Shown: positions 39,832 to 49,270 of the stretch, piece after piece
Layout of the letters: the number at the start of each line of letters is the position of its first letter
Numbering within the stretch: the first letter of the stretch is position 1
From: Vampirovibrionaceae bacterium NZW_1234
GTDB lineage: Bacteria; Cyanobacteriota; Vampirovibrionia; Vampirovibrionales; JAGQHJ01
Assembly: GCA_041697335.1 (NCBI GenBank)
Contig: JBGUGD010000015.1
Location: 96,001-160,000 of the forward strand
Direction: 5' to 3'
DNA: 64,000 bases
Notes under the pieces: generated by a model
The model's database searches: none
What the model was told of the DNA's origin: nothing
The model's input: the letters and a program-made list of their open reading frames with translations, nothing else
Made by a program: the position numbers and the translations under genes

Positions 39832-40362
39832 ATGGGTTTAAGTAATCTCCAATCCCCTGGGTTCGACCCCATATCGGCTTATATGGCTGGTGGTGCCGGT
39901 GGTGCTGGTGGCATCGGTGCTGGTGGTTTCAATCCCCTCGCCATGGGCGGCGGTATTGATCAATTCCAAGCCAGAGCAGCTTGGCCCCCGCGCCCGCCTG
40001 TTCAACCCCCCGCGCCTCAAGGACCGGACCTGTCGTCTTTACTGCCAATCATCCTCTTGACGAGCATGGGCGGCGATGACAATGACAGTAAAGGTGGTAT
40101 CGGCAAGCTGCTTCCGCTCTTACTGCTCTCAGGCGCTGGCGGAGCCGGCGGTGCTGGCGGCGGTATCGGCCAACTCCTGCCCATCCTGCTCTTATCGGGC
40201 GGCCTGGGTGGCGACGACGACGATGACAAAAAAGGCGGCCTGAAAGACCTGTTACCGATTCTGCTCTTAAGTGGCGGTTTAGGTGGCAGTGGCGGCGGTG
40301 CCGGCGGTCTCGGCTCGATTCTGCCCTTGCTGTTGCTGGGTGGTCTTGGCGGCGACGACTAA
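39832..40362 (+). CDS. Gly/Leu-rich low-complexity repeat protein
   Basis: Five (L/I)LP(I/L)(I/L)LL units with Gly/Asp linkers; GAGGA RBS. Confidence 0.8.
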   Translation: MGLSNLQSPGFDPISAYMAGGAGGAGGIGAGGFNPLAMGGGIDQFQARAAWPPRPPVQPPAPQGPDLSSLLPIILLTSMGGDDNDSKGGIGKLLPLLLLSGAGGAGGAGGGIGQLLPILLLSGGLGGDDDDDKKGGLKDLLPILLLSGGLGGSGGGAGGLGSILPLLLLGGLGGDD

Positions 40363-40399
40363 GCCAACCCCAAGCATCGAACTCAAAACCAAGTTTTTT

Positions 40400-40437
40400 A
40401 AATTCCCCTGGGCTGGATTCAGCACCAGGGGAATTTT
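40400..40437. terminator. Bidirectional intrinsic terminator
   Basis: AAATTCCCCTGG...CCAGGGGAATTTT between convergent genes. Confidence 0.75.
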
Positions 40438-40458
40438 GGTTTCAGCCTTCAATGGTGA

Positions 40459-41682
40459 CTAGCCGTCTACCTTGGGCGGATCCTCATGGACCGGAGCCTT
40501 TTGCTTGAAGAGGATTTGCTTGTTCCAGCGCAGATCCACAAATTGCAATTGATCCTGACGTTCCCGAATGGCTGGAATCAGGGGAAACAGTCGCTCCAGC
40601 CGGTCCATCACCAAACTGTCAGCACGCCCCACCCGGACTTTAAACCCGTCAAATTCAGCATAAATATCATAGGGATTGGTCAGATCCAAATACTGCAACT
40701 TGGTCAATCCGGGGCGACTGTTGAGGAACTGGGCTATTTCCCGGTAACGGGTCCAGGCTTGGGAATTCAGCTGTGTCAGTTGGGCCCGTTTAAGCACCAG
40801 GGGAATGGCCGAATCAAAGGACTTTTCGACCTGGGGGGTCAGCTTAAACGCCGCCAAATCGGTCCAGGAGCTGTCCCAATGAACCAGGTACGTGGGTTTG
40901 GGAGGCGTTACCTTCACGGAAGGTGCCTTCTCCAGAGTCTGATCCGGATTAACCGGCGAATCAGCCTTTGCCTCAGAGGCGGGCACTGTAACGTCAGTCT
41001 TGGAAGGCTCCTCCACCGGGGGCGTGGTATACACAATACCCCAGCTCGGTTTTTCGGAAACCACGATTTCTAACCCCACAGGAAATAAATGGCGCCGGAT
41101 ATGGATCTGATCCAACAGGGGCAACTCCTGCTTCATCTGACGTTCCAGAACCTGAGGGTTAATCTTATAAATGGCCTTCTGGTCCAGGGGCTCGATAAAA
41201 CGCAGAATATCCGCCCGAGTGATGAGTTTCGCGCCGGCCAAGGTCATATTCTGATGAGAAAACTGGAAATAAGGCGAGGATAAGAGCAAATACAGGCCTG
41301 CCAGCATCAGCATGCCCGCAAACAGACGGATCAGGCCACAGATCCGGTTGTAAAACACCCGCCGCTTTTTCTTCTCCCGGCGTTTCTGGAGATACACTTC
41401 CTGGCGTTTACGGGCCTTCTCCAACTGGTCTTCGCTTCGAGGCCGGGCGGATTCCATGGAGACGACTTTTTCCATGGGCGGCATCTCAGGTAACTGGGGC
41501 CCTTCCGCCACCGCCGTGGTACTGCTGACAAGCGCCATCTGAGGCAGCTCGACGCTGGCCACAGAGTCATCCGTCCTTGCGTCCAGACCCATGGGGTTTA
41601 GTTCAGACAAGCCCGCAGCATCCGGCTCCAGGTTTGCCCCTGGAGAGGAAAAGGACTGTTGCTGGGGATCATCCGGTGCCAT
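40459..41682 (-). CDS. ftsQ: Cell division protein FtsQ/DivIB
   Basis: Basic stretch, single TM, POTRA (IRRHLFPVGLEIVVSEK), VDLRW; follows ddl. Confidence 0.8.
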   Translation of the reverse strand: MAPDDPQQQSFSSPGANLEPDAAGLSELNPMGLDARTDDSVASVELPQMALVSSTTAVAEGPQLPEMPPMEKVVSMESARPRSEDQLEKARKRQEVYLQKRREKKKRRVFYNRICGLIRLFAGMLMLAGLYLLLSSPYFQFSHQNMTLAGAKLITRADILRFIEPLDQKAIYKINPQVLERQMKQELPLLDQIHIRRHLFPVGLEIVVSEKPSWGIVYTTPPVEEPSKTDVTVPASEAKADSPVNPDQTLEKAPSVKVTPPKPTYLVHWDSSWTDLAAFKLTPQVEKSFDSAIPLVLKRAQLTQLNSQAWTRYREIAQFLNSRPGLTKLQYLDLTNPYDIYAEFDGFKVRVGRADSLVMDRLERLFPLIPAIRERQDQLQFVDLRWNKQILFKQKAPVHEDPPKVDG

Positions 41683-41726
41683 GCCCACCTCTAGTCGTAC
41701 CTCCTATAAACACCCATGCCCTAGCG

Positions 41727-42677
41727 TCATCCGCCAACCATGGCCGTCTGTAATATACATTCTACCAGCTCATCGTAGCCCACCCCCATGCAATTGGCCT
41801 GGGCCGGCAAATCGCTGAGATCCGTCATCCCCGGGATGGTATTGACCTCGAGAATGTAAAATCGGTTCTGGGCGTCGACCACAAAGTCGATACGCGAAAC
41901 CCCATGGCACCCGACCGCCTGGTGGGCTTTCAAGGTGGTTTCCTGGATGGCCTGAGTGACGTCCGGCGGCAATTCGGCGGGTAAGACAAACTCGGTCATG
42001 CCTTGGGTGTATTTGGCTTCCAGATCGTACCACTCGGTCTTGGTCCGTAATTCCAGAATGGGGGTCACCACGGGCTTGCCGTCCTTGTTGAAAACACCCA
42101 CCGTGATGGATTTACCCGGGACAAATTCTTCAACCATAATAATGGGGCTGTGATCGGCGGCCAATTGCAGGGCCGATTCCAGATTCGCCTTTTCGTTGAC
42201 CTTGGACATCCCGATGCTGGAGCCTTCGGTAGCGGGTTTGACCATTACGGGAAAACGCAGCTCTTCGAATCGCTCCAAGGGGAAATGATTCCGGCCGTTA
42301 CGCTTGATGGTAACCGAGGGAATAATGGGCAAGCCTTCGGCCTTCAGGATTTTCTTGGTCGTATCCTTGTCCATGGTAATGGCGCTGGCAGCCACCCGAT
42401 TGCCGGTGTAGGGAATCCCGAGGATTTCCAGCAAGCCCTGGATGCAGCCGTCTTCCCCGTAACGCCCATGAAGCGCCAGGAAGACCACGTCCACCTTTTC
42501 CTTCACCAGGCGCTCAGCCACCTGGCGATCCATATCGATCATGACGCTGTTCTGATAGCCCAGGCGTTGCAGGGCCTCGAAGCAGTTTTTCCCCGAGCGC
42601 AGGGACACGTCCCGTTCTGAGGACAGTCCTCCACAGAGGACGGCAATTTTTGCAGATTTATCAACGCTTCCAGGCAT
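41727..42677 (-). CDS. ddl: D-alanine--D-alanine ligase
   Basis: GGLSSERDVSLRSG, HGRYGEDG, EGSSIG, LEVNTIPGMT. Confidence 0.96.
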   Translation of the reverse strand: MPGSVDKSAKIAVLCGGLSSERDVSLRSGKNCFEALQRLGYQNSVMIDMDRQVAERLVKEKVDVVFLALHGRYGEDGCIQGLLEILGIPYTGNRVAASAITMDKDTTKKILKAEGLPIIPSVTIKRNGRNHFPLERFEELRFPVMVKPATEGSSIGMSKVNEKANLESALQLAADHSPIIMVEEFVPGKSITVGVFNKDGKPVVTPILELRTKTEWYDLEAKYTQGMTEFVLPAELPPDVTQAIQETTLKAHQAVGCHGVSRIDFVVDAQNRFYILEVNTIPGMTDLSDLPAQANCMGVGYDELVECILQTAMVGG

Positions 42678-43590
42678 GACCGGTCAGTTCCTCCCACAGG
42701 GCTATTTCTTCGGACGTGGCATCGCCAAGAAACCGGTTCTCGGGGTGGGCTTCCAACCCGGTCCGGGCTTCAATGGTCCGTTTCATCCGTAACATCAATT
42801 TTAAAATATCGGTTGAGGTGGCGTGACCCATGTTCACAATGAAGTTGGCATGCTTGGGGCTCACCATGGCCCCGCCTTCGGTCCACCCCTTGGCTCCGGC
42901 CTCGTCCAGAATCTTCCCGGCAGGCTGCTCCTTGCTGGGGTTCTTGAAAACACTCCCGCCATTGGGTTCTTTGGGGTGATGTTGCTGACGAAACACAAGG
43001 CTTTTCTGGATCAATTCGGCAATCTCCGAGGCCGTGCCCGGGCGAAAGGTGAGCTGGGCGCCCAGGACCACATGGGTTGCCGGGTCGACGGCACTTTTGC
43101 GATAGGAAAAGGCCAGTTTCTCTCGAGACCAGGTTTCGACAACGCCGGACACGATGTTGAACAAATACGCTTCATCCAGGATTTCAGCCGTTTCTTGGCC
43201 CATGGCCCCGGCATTCATGGAAATGGCCCCGCCCAAGGTCCCCGGCACCCCAATCATAAACTCGGCCCCGGTCAACTCATGCTCCTGCGCGAGGGTGGCC
43301 ACCCGAGCCAAGGGCATGCCCGCCCCGATTTTAAAGGTGTTGGGGCCCAATTGCTGGGACGACATCAGGCGCTTGCCCAAAAACGTCACACCTCGAATGC
43401 CCTGGCTCGCGATAATGGTATTGGCGCCGCCGCCAATCACGGTGACGGGACACCCTCGGGTGCGAACCTCATTTAAAATGGCCAGTGCCTCTTCCAGGGT
43501 CTTGGGCATGTAGGGTTCATCCAGAATGCCACCCACCCGATAGCTGCAATATTGGGCCCCCATGACCCGCTCCTGGACCGGTTGAATCAT
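42661..43590 (-). CDS. murB: UDP-N-acetylenolpyruvoylglucosamine reductase
   Basis: GVPGTLGGAISMNAGA, FSYRKS, GSVFKNP, SPKHANF. Confidence 0.95.
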   Translation of the reverse strand: MIQPVQERVMGAQYCSYRVGGILDEPYMPKTLEEALAILNEVRTRGCPVTVIGGGANTIIASQGIRGVTFLGKRLMSSQQLGPNTFKIGAGMPLARVATLAQEHELTGAEFMIGVPGTLGGAISMNAGAMGQETAEILDEAYLFNIVSGVVETWSREKLAFSYRKSAVDPATHVVLGAQLTFRPGTASEIAELIQKSLVFRQQHHPKEPNGGSVFKNPSKEQPAGKILDEAGAKGWTEGGAMVSPKHANFIVNMGHATSTDILKLMLRMKRTIEARTGLEAHPENRFLGDATSEEIALWEELTGHAWKR

Positions 43591-45053
43591 GAATCGGCCG
43601 CCTTTGCCTGGGCCACCAGGGTTCGCCCAACCTGGGTAATGTCACCGGCGCCCATGGTAATGAGCAAATCATCGGGTGTGAGCATGGTTTTCAACCGGGC
43701 CACAACCAGGTTCCAATCCATCGACGGCCAATACTCGGCAGCCGGGTGCTCCATGGCCTGGACAAAGGCCAGGCTGTTAACCCCATCGATGGGGGCTTCA
43801 CCGGCGCTATAGACATCCACAATAATCGCTTCATCGGCATCCTCGAAGGCCTCGGCGAATTCCTGCCACAGGGCCTGAAGCCGTTGATACCGGTGCGGCT
43901 GAAACATCGCAATCACCCGCCCCTTATAGCGATTAAATTCCCGAGCCGCCTTCAATGTGGCCCGCACTTCGGTGGGGTGATGGGCGTAATCATCAATGAT
44001 CCGCGCCCCGTTAACCACCCCGAGCTGCTCAAAGCGGCGGCCCATGCCGGTAAAGTTCTCCAGGGTGCGACGAATGACATCGAAAGGAACACCCAGACGG
44101 TGCCCGATAATGGCGGCATACATAGCGTTGGACAGGTTATGGCGCCCCGGCACCTGAAGCCACAGGGAGCCAAGCCGGTTGTGGCCCTCATACACATCGC
44201 CCTGGTAACCGCCTTCCAGATGCACCAATACGTTGTCGAGCCAATAATCATCGCCGGTGTACTGCTCGGGCGCAGACTCGGTCCAGACCCGAAGGCCCGT
44301 CAGGCGATGCCCGAACTCCTGATACAACTCCCGGGTCACCGGGCAGGACATATTGAAAAGAACCGTCTGCTGGGGGCCCAAGGCGCTTAAATAGGTTTGA
44401 AAAGTTCGGATGACAGCCTGAAGCCCATCCTGATAATGATCCGGGTGATCCAGTTCCAGATTGGCAATCACCGAAATCCCCGGCTGATACTGCACCACCG
44501 TGCCATCGGATTCATCGAGTTCGGCGACGGCATAGCGGGTGTCCTTGCCACATTTGGCATTGGTGCCAAGCTGCGGAATCTTCCCCCCGGCAATAATCGT
44601 CGGATCCAGGCCCCCTTGCTCCAGCACCATCCCAACCATCCCGGTCATGGTGGTTTTTCCGTGGGTGCCGGTCAGGCCAATAGCCACCTCAAAGCGTTTC
44701 AGGATTTCCCGAAGCATGTCGGAACGATGGTACAAGACCAGGCCTTGCTGTTGCGCCGCCTGAACCTCGGGGTTCTGGGTCGAAATGGCCGAAGAGGTGA
44801 CCACAATCGCGCCGGATGGTACATTTTCGGCCTGATGTTGAGCCGAAATGGTGCCGCCCAGATCTCGAAGCGTGGTGAGCATGGGGCTGTCCTTGGCATC
44901 GGAACCGGAGACCGTAAAGCCTTGGCTCAGCAAGACTTTGGCCAAGGCGCTCATGCCAATGCCACCCACCCCGATAAAATGAATGGGCGTGGCTTTATCC
45001 AGATTCAACGGGGCCGGGTTGGGGCGATTCAGCAATTGGGTCTCCGACATCAC
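43587..45053 (-). CDS. murC: UDP-N-acetylmuramate--L-alanine ligase
   Basis: HFIGVGGIGMS, GTHGKTT, DESD, DDYAHHPTE, FQPHRY. Confidence 0.96.
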   Translation of the reverse strand: MMSETQLLNRPNPAPLNLDKATPIHFIGVGGIGMSALAKVLLSQGFTVSGSDAKDSPMLTTLRDLGGTISAQHQAENVPSGAIVVTSSAISTQNPEVQAAQQQGLVLYHRSDMLREILKRFEVAIGLTGTHGKTTMTGMVGMVLEQGGLDPTIIAGGKIPQLGTNAKCGKDTRYAVAELDESDGTVVQYQPGISVIANLELDHPDHYQDGLQAVIRTFQTYLSALGPQQTVLFNMSCPVTRELYQEFGHRLTGLRVWTESAPEQYTGDDYWLDNVLVHLEGGYQGDVYEGHNRLGSLWLQVPGRHNLSNAMYAAIIGHRLGVPFDVIRRTLENFTGMGRRFEQLGVVNGARIIDDYAHHPTEVRATLKAAREFNRYKGRVIAMFQPHRYQRLQALWQEFAEAFEDADEAIIVDVYSAGEAPIDGVNSLAFVQAMEHPAAEYWPSMDWNLVVARLKTMLTPDDLLITMGAGDITQVGRTLVAQAKAADS

Positions 45054-45068
45054 AGCATCCTCCCCACG

Positions 45069-46622
45069 CTAACCGGACACGGAACCGGAGGCGGGAAGGC
45101 CCCCATGTTTTTGGCGCATATAGTCCTGCACAACCTCGCGATCGTCAAAGTGAATGGTCCGGTCCGCCAGAATTTGATAATCTTCATGGCCTTTTCCGGC
45201 GACCACCACAATATCCTGGGGCCGGGCCCAGTCGATGGCCTTGTGGATGGCGGCCTTACGATCGGCGTCCACCGCCATGCGGTTGGCATCAAAGTTGGGA
45301 ATCCCGGCCAGGATATCGTCAATAATCTTCTGTGGGTTCTCGGTTCGGGGATTATCGGAGGTCACGACCACCAGATCCGCCAATTCGGCGGCAATAGCCC
45401 CCATTTTTGGACGTTTGGTGGCATCCCGATCGCCACCGCAGCCAAACACCGCAATCAGGCGACCATCCTGGGGGGTGACAATCCGAGCCGCAGCCAGAAT
45501 ATTCTGCAAGCCATCGGGGGTGTGGGCATAATCCACAATCACCGCCGGGGACTGGGCCACCACTTCAAACCGGCCCCGAACCCCTTCGACTTCTTCCAGG
45601 GCCTGTTTAATGGTCTCCAGGGGAATCTTCATCCCGACCGCCGCCGCCACGGCAGCCAGAGCGTTATACACACCAAACTGCCCGGCAATTTTCAGATTCA
45701 AATGGACATCGCCAGCGGGTGTGACACAACGGAAGGAGGCCCCATGGATGGTGTAGTTCACCTCTTCGGCTCGCACCCGGGCTTCCGGGTGTTTCAGGGC
45801 ATAGGTAATCACATCCACGTTGGTGGGGCAGACTTCGATAAATTTCTGGGCATGCTCGTCATCCAGATTGATGACGGCGGTTTTCGGAGTGTCCCAGCGG
45901 GGGCGCAAATCGGAAAAGAGCTTGGTTTTGGCCTTGCGGTAGTTTTCCATGGTGCCATGAAAATCCAGGTGGTCCTGGGTCAGGTTGGTGAACACCGCCA
46001 CATCGAAATCACAGCCATAGACCCGGTATTGCTCCAGCGCATGGGAGCTGACTTCCATCACCAGGGTGTCATGGCCATCCTCGACCAGGGTTTTGAGAAA
46101 TGCCTGAAGCTCAACAGCCATAGGGGTGGTGTGCTTGGTGTCATCGTAAGTGTCCTTGCCCGACGACTTGAAGCCCAAGGTGCCCAGAAGGCCGACTTTT
46201 TTGCCCGAGCGGGCCACGATTTTCTCGATCAGGTGCGTGACCGTGGTTTTGCCATTGGTGCCGGTGACCCCAATGGTTTGAATCCGTTCGCCGGGCTTGC
46301 CGTAATAACGCCCTGCGAGGACGGCCAGGGTTTTGTAGGTGTTTTCGGCTTTCAATACGGGATAGGTATCCAAAAGCCCTTTGGGCACTTTCTTGATGTC
46401 TTGGGCCACGATGGCAATGGCCCCAGCCCGAATGGCGGGCCCGATGTACTCATGCCCGTCGGTATGGGCGCCTTCCAGGCACACAAAGACAAAGCCTTTT
46501 TCCACTTTACGTGAATCAGCCGTAATGCCTTTGACCTGTTTGTCTTCAAAATGCTGAAATACACCCCGCTGAAACGGACGCACATCCTCTTCCAAATACG
46601 CAATCAGCTCTCCCAAGTTCAT
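45069..46622 (-). CDS. murE: UDP-MurNAc-dipeptide--meso-DAP ligase
   Basis: TGTNGKTT, MEVSSH, DYAHTPD, DNPR (DAP-specific), GKGHE. Confidence 0.96.
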   Translation of the reverse strand: MNLGELIAYLEEDVRPFQRGVFQHFEDKQVKGITADSRKVEKGFVFVCLEGAHTDGHEYIGPAIRAGAIAIVAQDIKKVPKGLLDTYPVLKAENTYKTLAVLAGRYYGKPGERIQTIGVTGTNGKTTVTHLIEKIVARSGKKVGLLGTLGFKSSGKDTYDDTKHTTPMAVELQAFLKTLVEDGHDTLVMEVSSHALEQYRVYGCDFDVAVFTNLTQDHLDFHGTMENYRKAKTKLFSDLRPRWDTPKTAVINLDDEHAQKFIEVCPTNVDVITYALKHPEARVRAEEVNYTIHGASFRCVTPAGDVHLNLKIAGQFGVYNALAAVAAAVGMKIPLETIKQALEEVEGVRGRFEVVAQSPAVIVDYAHTPDGLQNILAAARIVTPQDGRLIAVFGCGGDRDATKRPKMGAIAAELADLVVVTSDNPRTENPQKIIDDILAGIPNFDANRMAVDADRKAAIHKAIDWARPQDIVVVAGKGHEDYQILADRTIHFDDREVVQDYMRQKHGGLPASGSVSG

Positions 46623-46810
46623 GGCGCCAACATCCTTTCCAGAGCAACTTTACACGGAACGGTTCTCTGCATTATTGTAACAGGTTCAGGCGTCAAACGG
46701 CCATATATACCGGCACCCATATCGCTTGGCAACCCTTCGCGCCAACAGAGCAGGCCGAGGCATTCAAGATCCATGACCGATGGTCGAAGACAAAGGAGAG
46801 TTACTGCCTC

Positions 46811-47884
46811 TTGCGCTCCTCTCTGACGCTTGAAAAGATTACCCCGGAAATAATGGCTATGACCCAAACATCTCTTGATGCAACCTGGAAACAATGGCTT
46901 GCCAGTTGCATGATGCATGGGGCCGATCCGGCCTACCTGAAAGAAGTCCTGTTGAAGCAAGGCATGCCTGCCCATGATGCCGCCCTGGCCGTGGAAGAGG
47001 TTCTAAACCACCCCTATGTGGAAGCCGGGCGCCATGTGGCCCGCATGCAAAAGCAACTGGAATGGTTGTTGAATATCTACCAGCAAGTCCATCGCCTGTC
47101 GCCGCAGTATGGCGAAATTGAGCGCCGCAGCGGGTTGACCCGGGAAACCCTGATTCGGGAGTATGTCTCCGTCAACCGGCCCGTCGTGATTACCGATATG
47201 GCCAAGGACTGGACCATCTCCGAGCGATGGACACCGGACTATCTGAGCGAAAAATTCGGCGACATCGTGATTGAATTTCAACGCTACCGGCATGACGGCT
47301 CTCAATTTGAATTGATTAAGGATCATCTTCCGTTTAAAACCTTTCTGGCCCAACTGGCTTTGATTGAAGAGGCCAATGACTTCTACATTACGGCCTACAA
47401 TACCCATATGCACCAGGCCCTTATGGATGGGCTGATTGCCGATATTGACGGCACGATTCCCGATTATCTGGACATGGCCGACCACCAGAAGAAAGCCTTT
47501 GTCTGGATTGGCCCGGCCGGGACCCTGACCCAGCTTCATTTTGATTTGAACAACGGGCTGCTTCATCAGATCCAGGGTCGGAAACTGGTTCGTATGGTGC
47601 CGTCCTACCAGTTGCCCTATGTCTATGCCGAGCGGGGGACCTTTTCGCCCGTCAACCCCGAAAAGCCCGATTACCAAGCCTATCCGCTCTTTCAGCAGGT
47701 CCATATGACCGAAGTAATTCTGGAACCGGGGGATACGTTATTGATTCCCGTCGGCTGGTGGCATCAGGTCCGGGCATTGGATCGCAGCATTTCCATTACC
47801 TTTGCCAACACGACCTTTGATAACGCCTATTATGGCTTCACCCAGCTCTTTCCCCAACTCTTTGACCAGGGATGCGGGAAATAA
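46811..47884 (+). CDS. JmjC/cupin-like (Cupin_8) 2OG-Fe(II) oxygenase
   Basis: NRPVVI, WIGPAGTLTQLHFD, GRK, LEPGDTLLIPVGWWHQV; start TTG 46811 or ATG 46853. Confidence 0.85.
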   Translation: MRSSLTLEKITPEIMAMTQTSLDATWKQWLASCMMHGADPAYLKEVLLKQGMPAHDAALAVEEVLNHPYVEAGRHVARMQKQLEWLLNIYQQVHRLSPQYGEIERRSGLTRETLIREYVSVNRPVVITDMAKDWTISERWTPDYLSEKFGDIVIEFQRYRHDGSQFELIKDHLPFKTFLAQLALIEEANDFYITAYNTHMHQALMDGLIADIDGTIPDYLDMADHQKKAFVWIGPAGTLTQLHFDLNNGLLHQIQGRKLVRMVPSYQLPYVYAERGTFSPVNPEKPDYQAYPLFQQVHMTEVILEPGDTLLIPVGWWHQVRALDRSISITFANTTFDNAYYGFTQLFPQLFDQGCGK

Positions 47885-47917
47885 ATCCTGTTTCAAAGGC
47901 AAAAACCGAACATTTTA

Positions 47918-47985
47918 CCCGTGCGGACAAATTGTCCGCACGGGGCTCCCCAATTTTTAACCGTGTGGACAAATTGTCCACACGG
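47918..47985. repeat. Two tandem palindromes with DnaA-box-like arms
   Basis: CCCGTGCGGACAA-A-TTGTCCGCACGGG (47918-47944) and CCGTGTGGACAA-A-TTGTCCACACGG (47961-47985). Confidence 0.85.
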
Positions 47986-48237
47986 GACATGACGCCCCAA
48001 TAAGCGGAAAAACAAATGCTGCGGAATGATTTTTGAAGGAAATTTGACATAAAAACCTCGTCTGATATGGGTTTTTATTTTTGATATACCCAAAAACCCT
48101 TTATTTTAAACGTGTTTATTATTAAGATTTCCTTAAAATCCAACAATAGAGAGTATTTTTGAGTAAAATCACTCAAAATAATCCGATTTCAAACGTTTTT
48201 TCCCGCAAGAAAAGCTGGTTTTATTGAGCCAATTGAT

Positions 48238-49179
48238 TTAGCGGAAGAAATATTGGCGCAACGATGGAATTGAGGTTGGGTAGGTTTGGTAATAGTAGGT
48301 TCTTGAGGGTGTCCAGTCGGTCAGGACGAAATACTCAAAGGAATGCTCCATGCTAAAGTCGTTTTGCGGATAATTTTCAGGAAACGGCTTAAACGGAGAC
48401 GCATAACGAACGGCGGCAAGAGCAGCCTGATCCTGCACTTTGGAACCTGAGGATTTTTTCAGTTTCTGGGACATCAGGGTCCCATCCTTGGCCAGGGTAA
48501 AGGTCACCACGGCTCCGGAATTCTGGCGCTCATCGGCAGGGTTCCAGTGATGGCGAATCCGACGACTGACATCCTTCAAGTAGGGTCCCCAGTTCACACC
48601 GTTGATTTGGTAACGGGGATCATCCACATCAAAAAACATAAAGGAAAAGGGCAGGTTAATGGTGTCCGTGACATAATCGCCGGGCAAGGGACCAAAGGGA
48701 GCCGCATTACGCACTGCCCGCAAGGACATCTCATCCACGTCCCGGTCGCCGGAGGACTTTAACATCCGAGTCGACAACAGGCGCCCATCCCGACTCAGCG
48801 CCAAGAGGACAATGGGGCGAGGGCCCGTGTAGCGGGTCGGCAACTGCCAGTATTTCTCTATCGCATCTTCCAGGTTGGAATAGTAGGGACTGAGCATCAC
48901 CCGCTTCACATCGGAACTCATCACGTTATAAGCTCCACCGGTTCCAACCCCGCCACCAATGTTACTTGGCGCCTGGCGAGCGTTGCTGCCCTTAATTAAC
49001 GGCAGGCGAGTCACGATTTGAGTTTGAGGTGAATTCTTCCGGCTACTGGACCACAGGTTGTCCGACAAGGGCGCAGGCTGGGTGACCTTAGGCTGAACAG
49101 CCCACACGGCCAACGGGGTGGAAACCAACATCAACACCGTCATCAGACGGAGGATAACAGAGGGAGATGCAATGTGCAT
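48238..49179 (-). CDS. Exported protein with two TonB/TolA C-terminal domains
   Basis: Signal peptide; KSSGDRDVDEMSLRAVRNAAPFGPLP and KSSGSKVQDQAALAAVRYASPFKPFP. Confidence 0.85.
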   Translation of the reverse strand: MHIASPSVILRLMTVLMLVSTPLAVWAVQPKVTQPAPLSDNLWSSSRKNSPQTQIVTRLPLIKGSNARQAPSNIGGGVGTGGAYNVMSSDVKRVMLSPYYSNLEDAIEKYWQLPTRYTGPRPIVLLALSRDGRLLSTRMLKSSGDRDVDEMSLRAVRNAAPFGPLPGDYVTDTINLPFSFMFFDVDDPRYQINGVNWGPYLKDVSRRIRHHWNPADERQNSGAVVTFTLAKDGTLMSQKLKKSSGSKVQDQAALAAVRYASPFKPFPENYPQNDFSMEHSFEYFVLTDWTPSRTYYYQTYPTSIPSLRQYFFR

Positions 49180-49270
49180 GGCGGGTACCTACTTCAACTG
49201 CTCAAGCTTCCATGGCTCAGGATTATCTATGATGCTACAAGGAATTGCCTGGCAAGGAAACCCCTTGTAA

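Noticed and set aside
44397..46514. 705-aa + strand ORF
   Set aside because: Antisense shadow of murE/murC with no recognisable motifs. The same applies to other long antisense ORFs (42823..43476, 49967..50866, 52299..53027, 53231..54031).
47838..48093. Short minus-strand ORFs with VDNLST/ADNLSA repeats
   Set aside because: A by-product of the DNA palindromes; no RBS or coding evidence.
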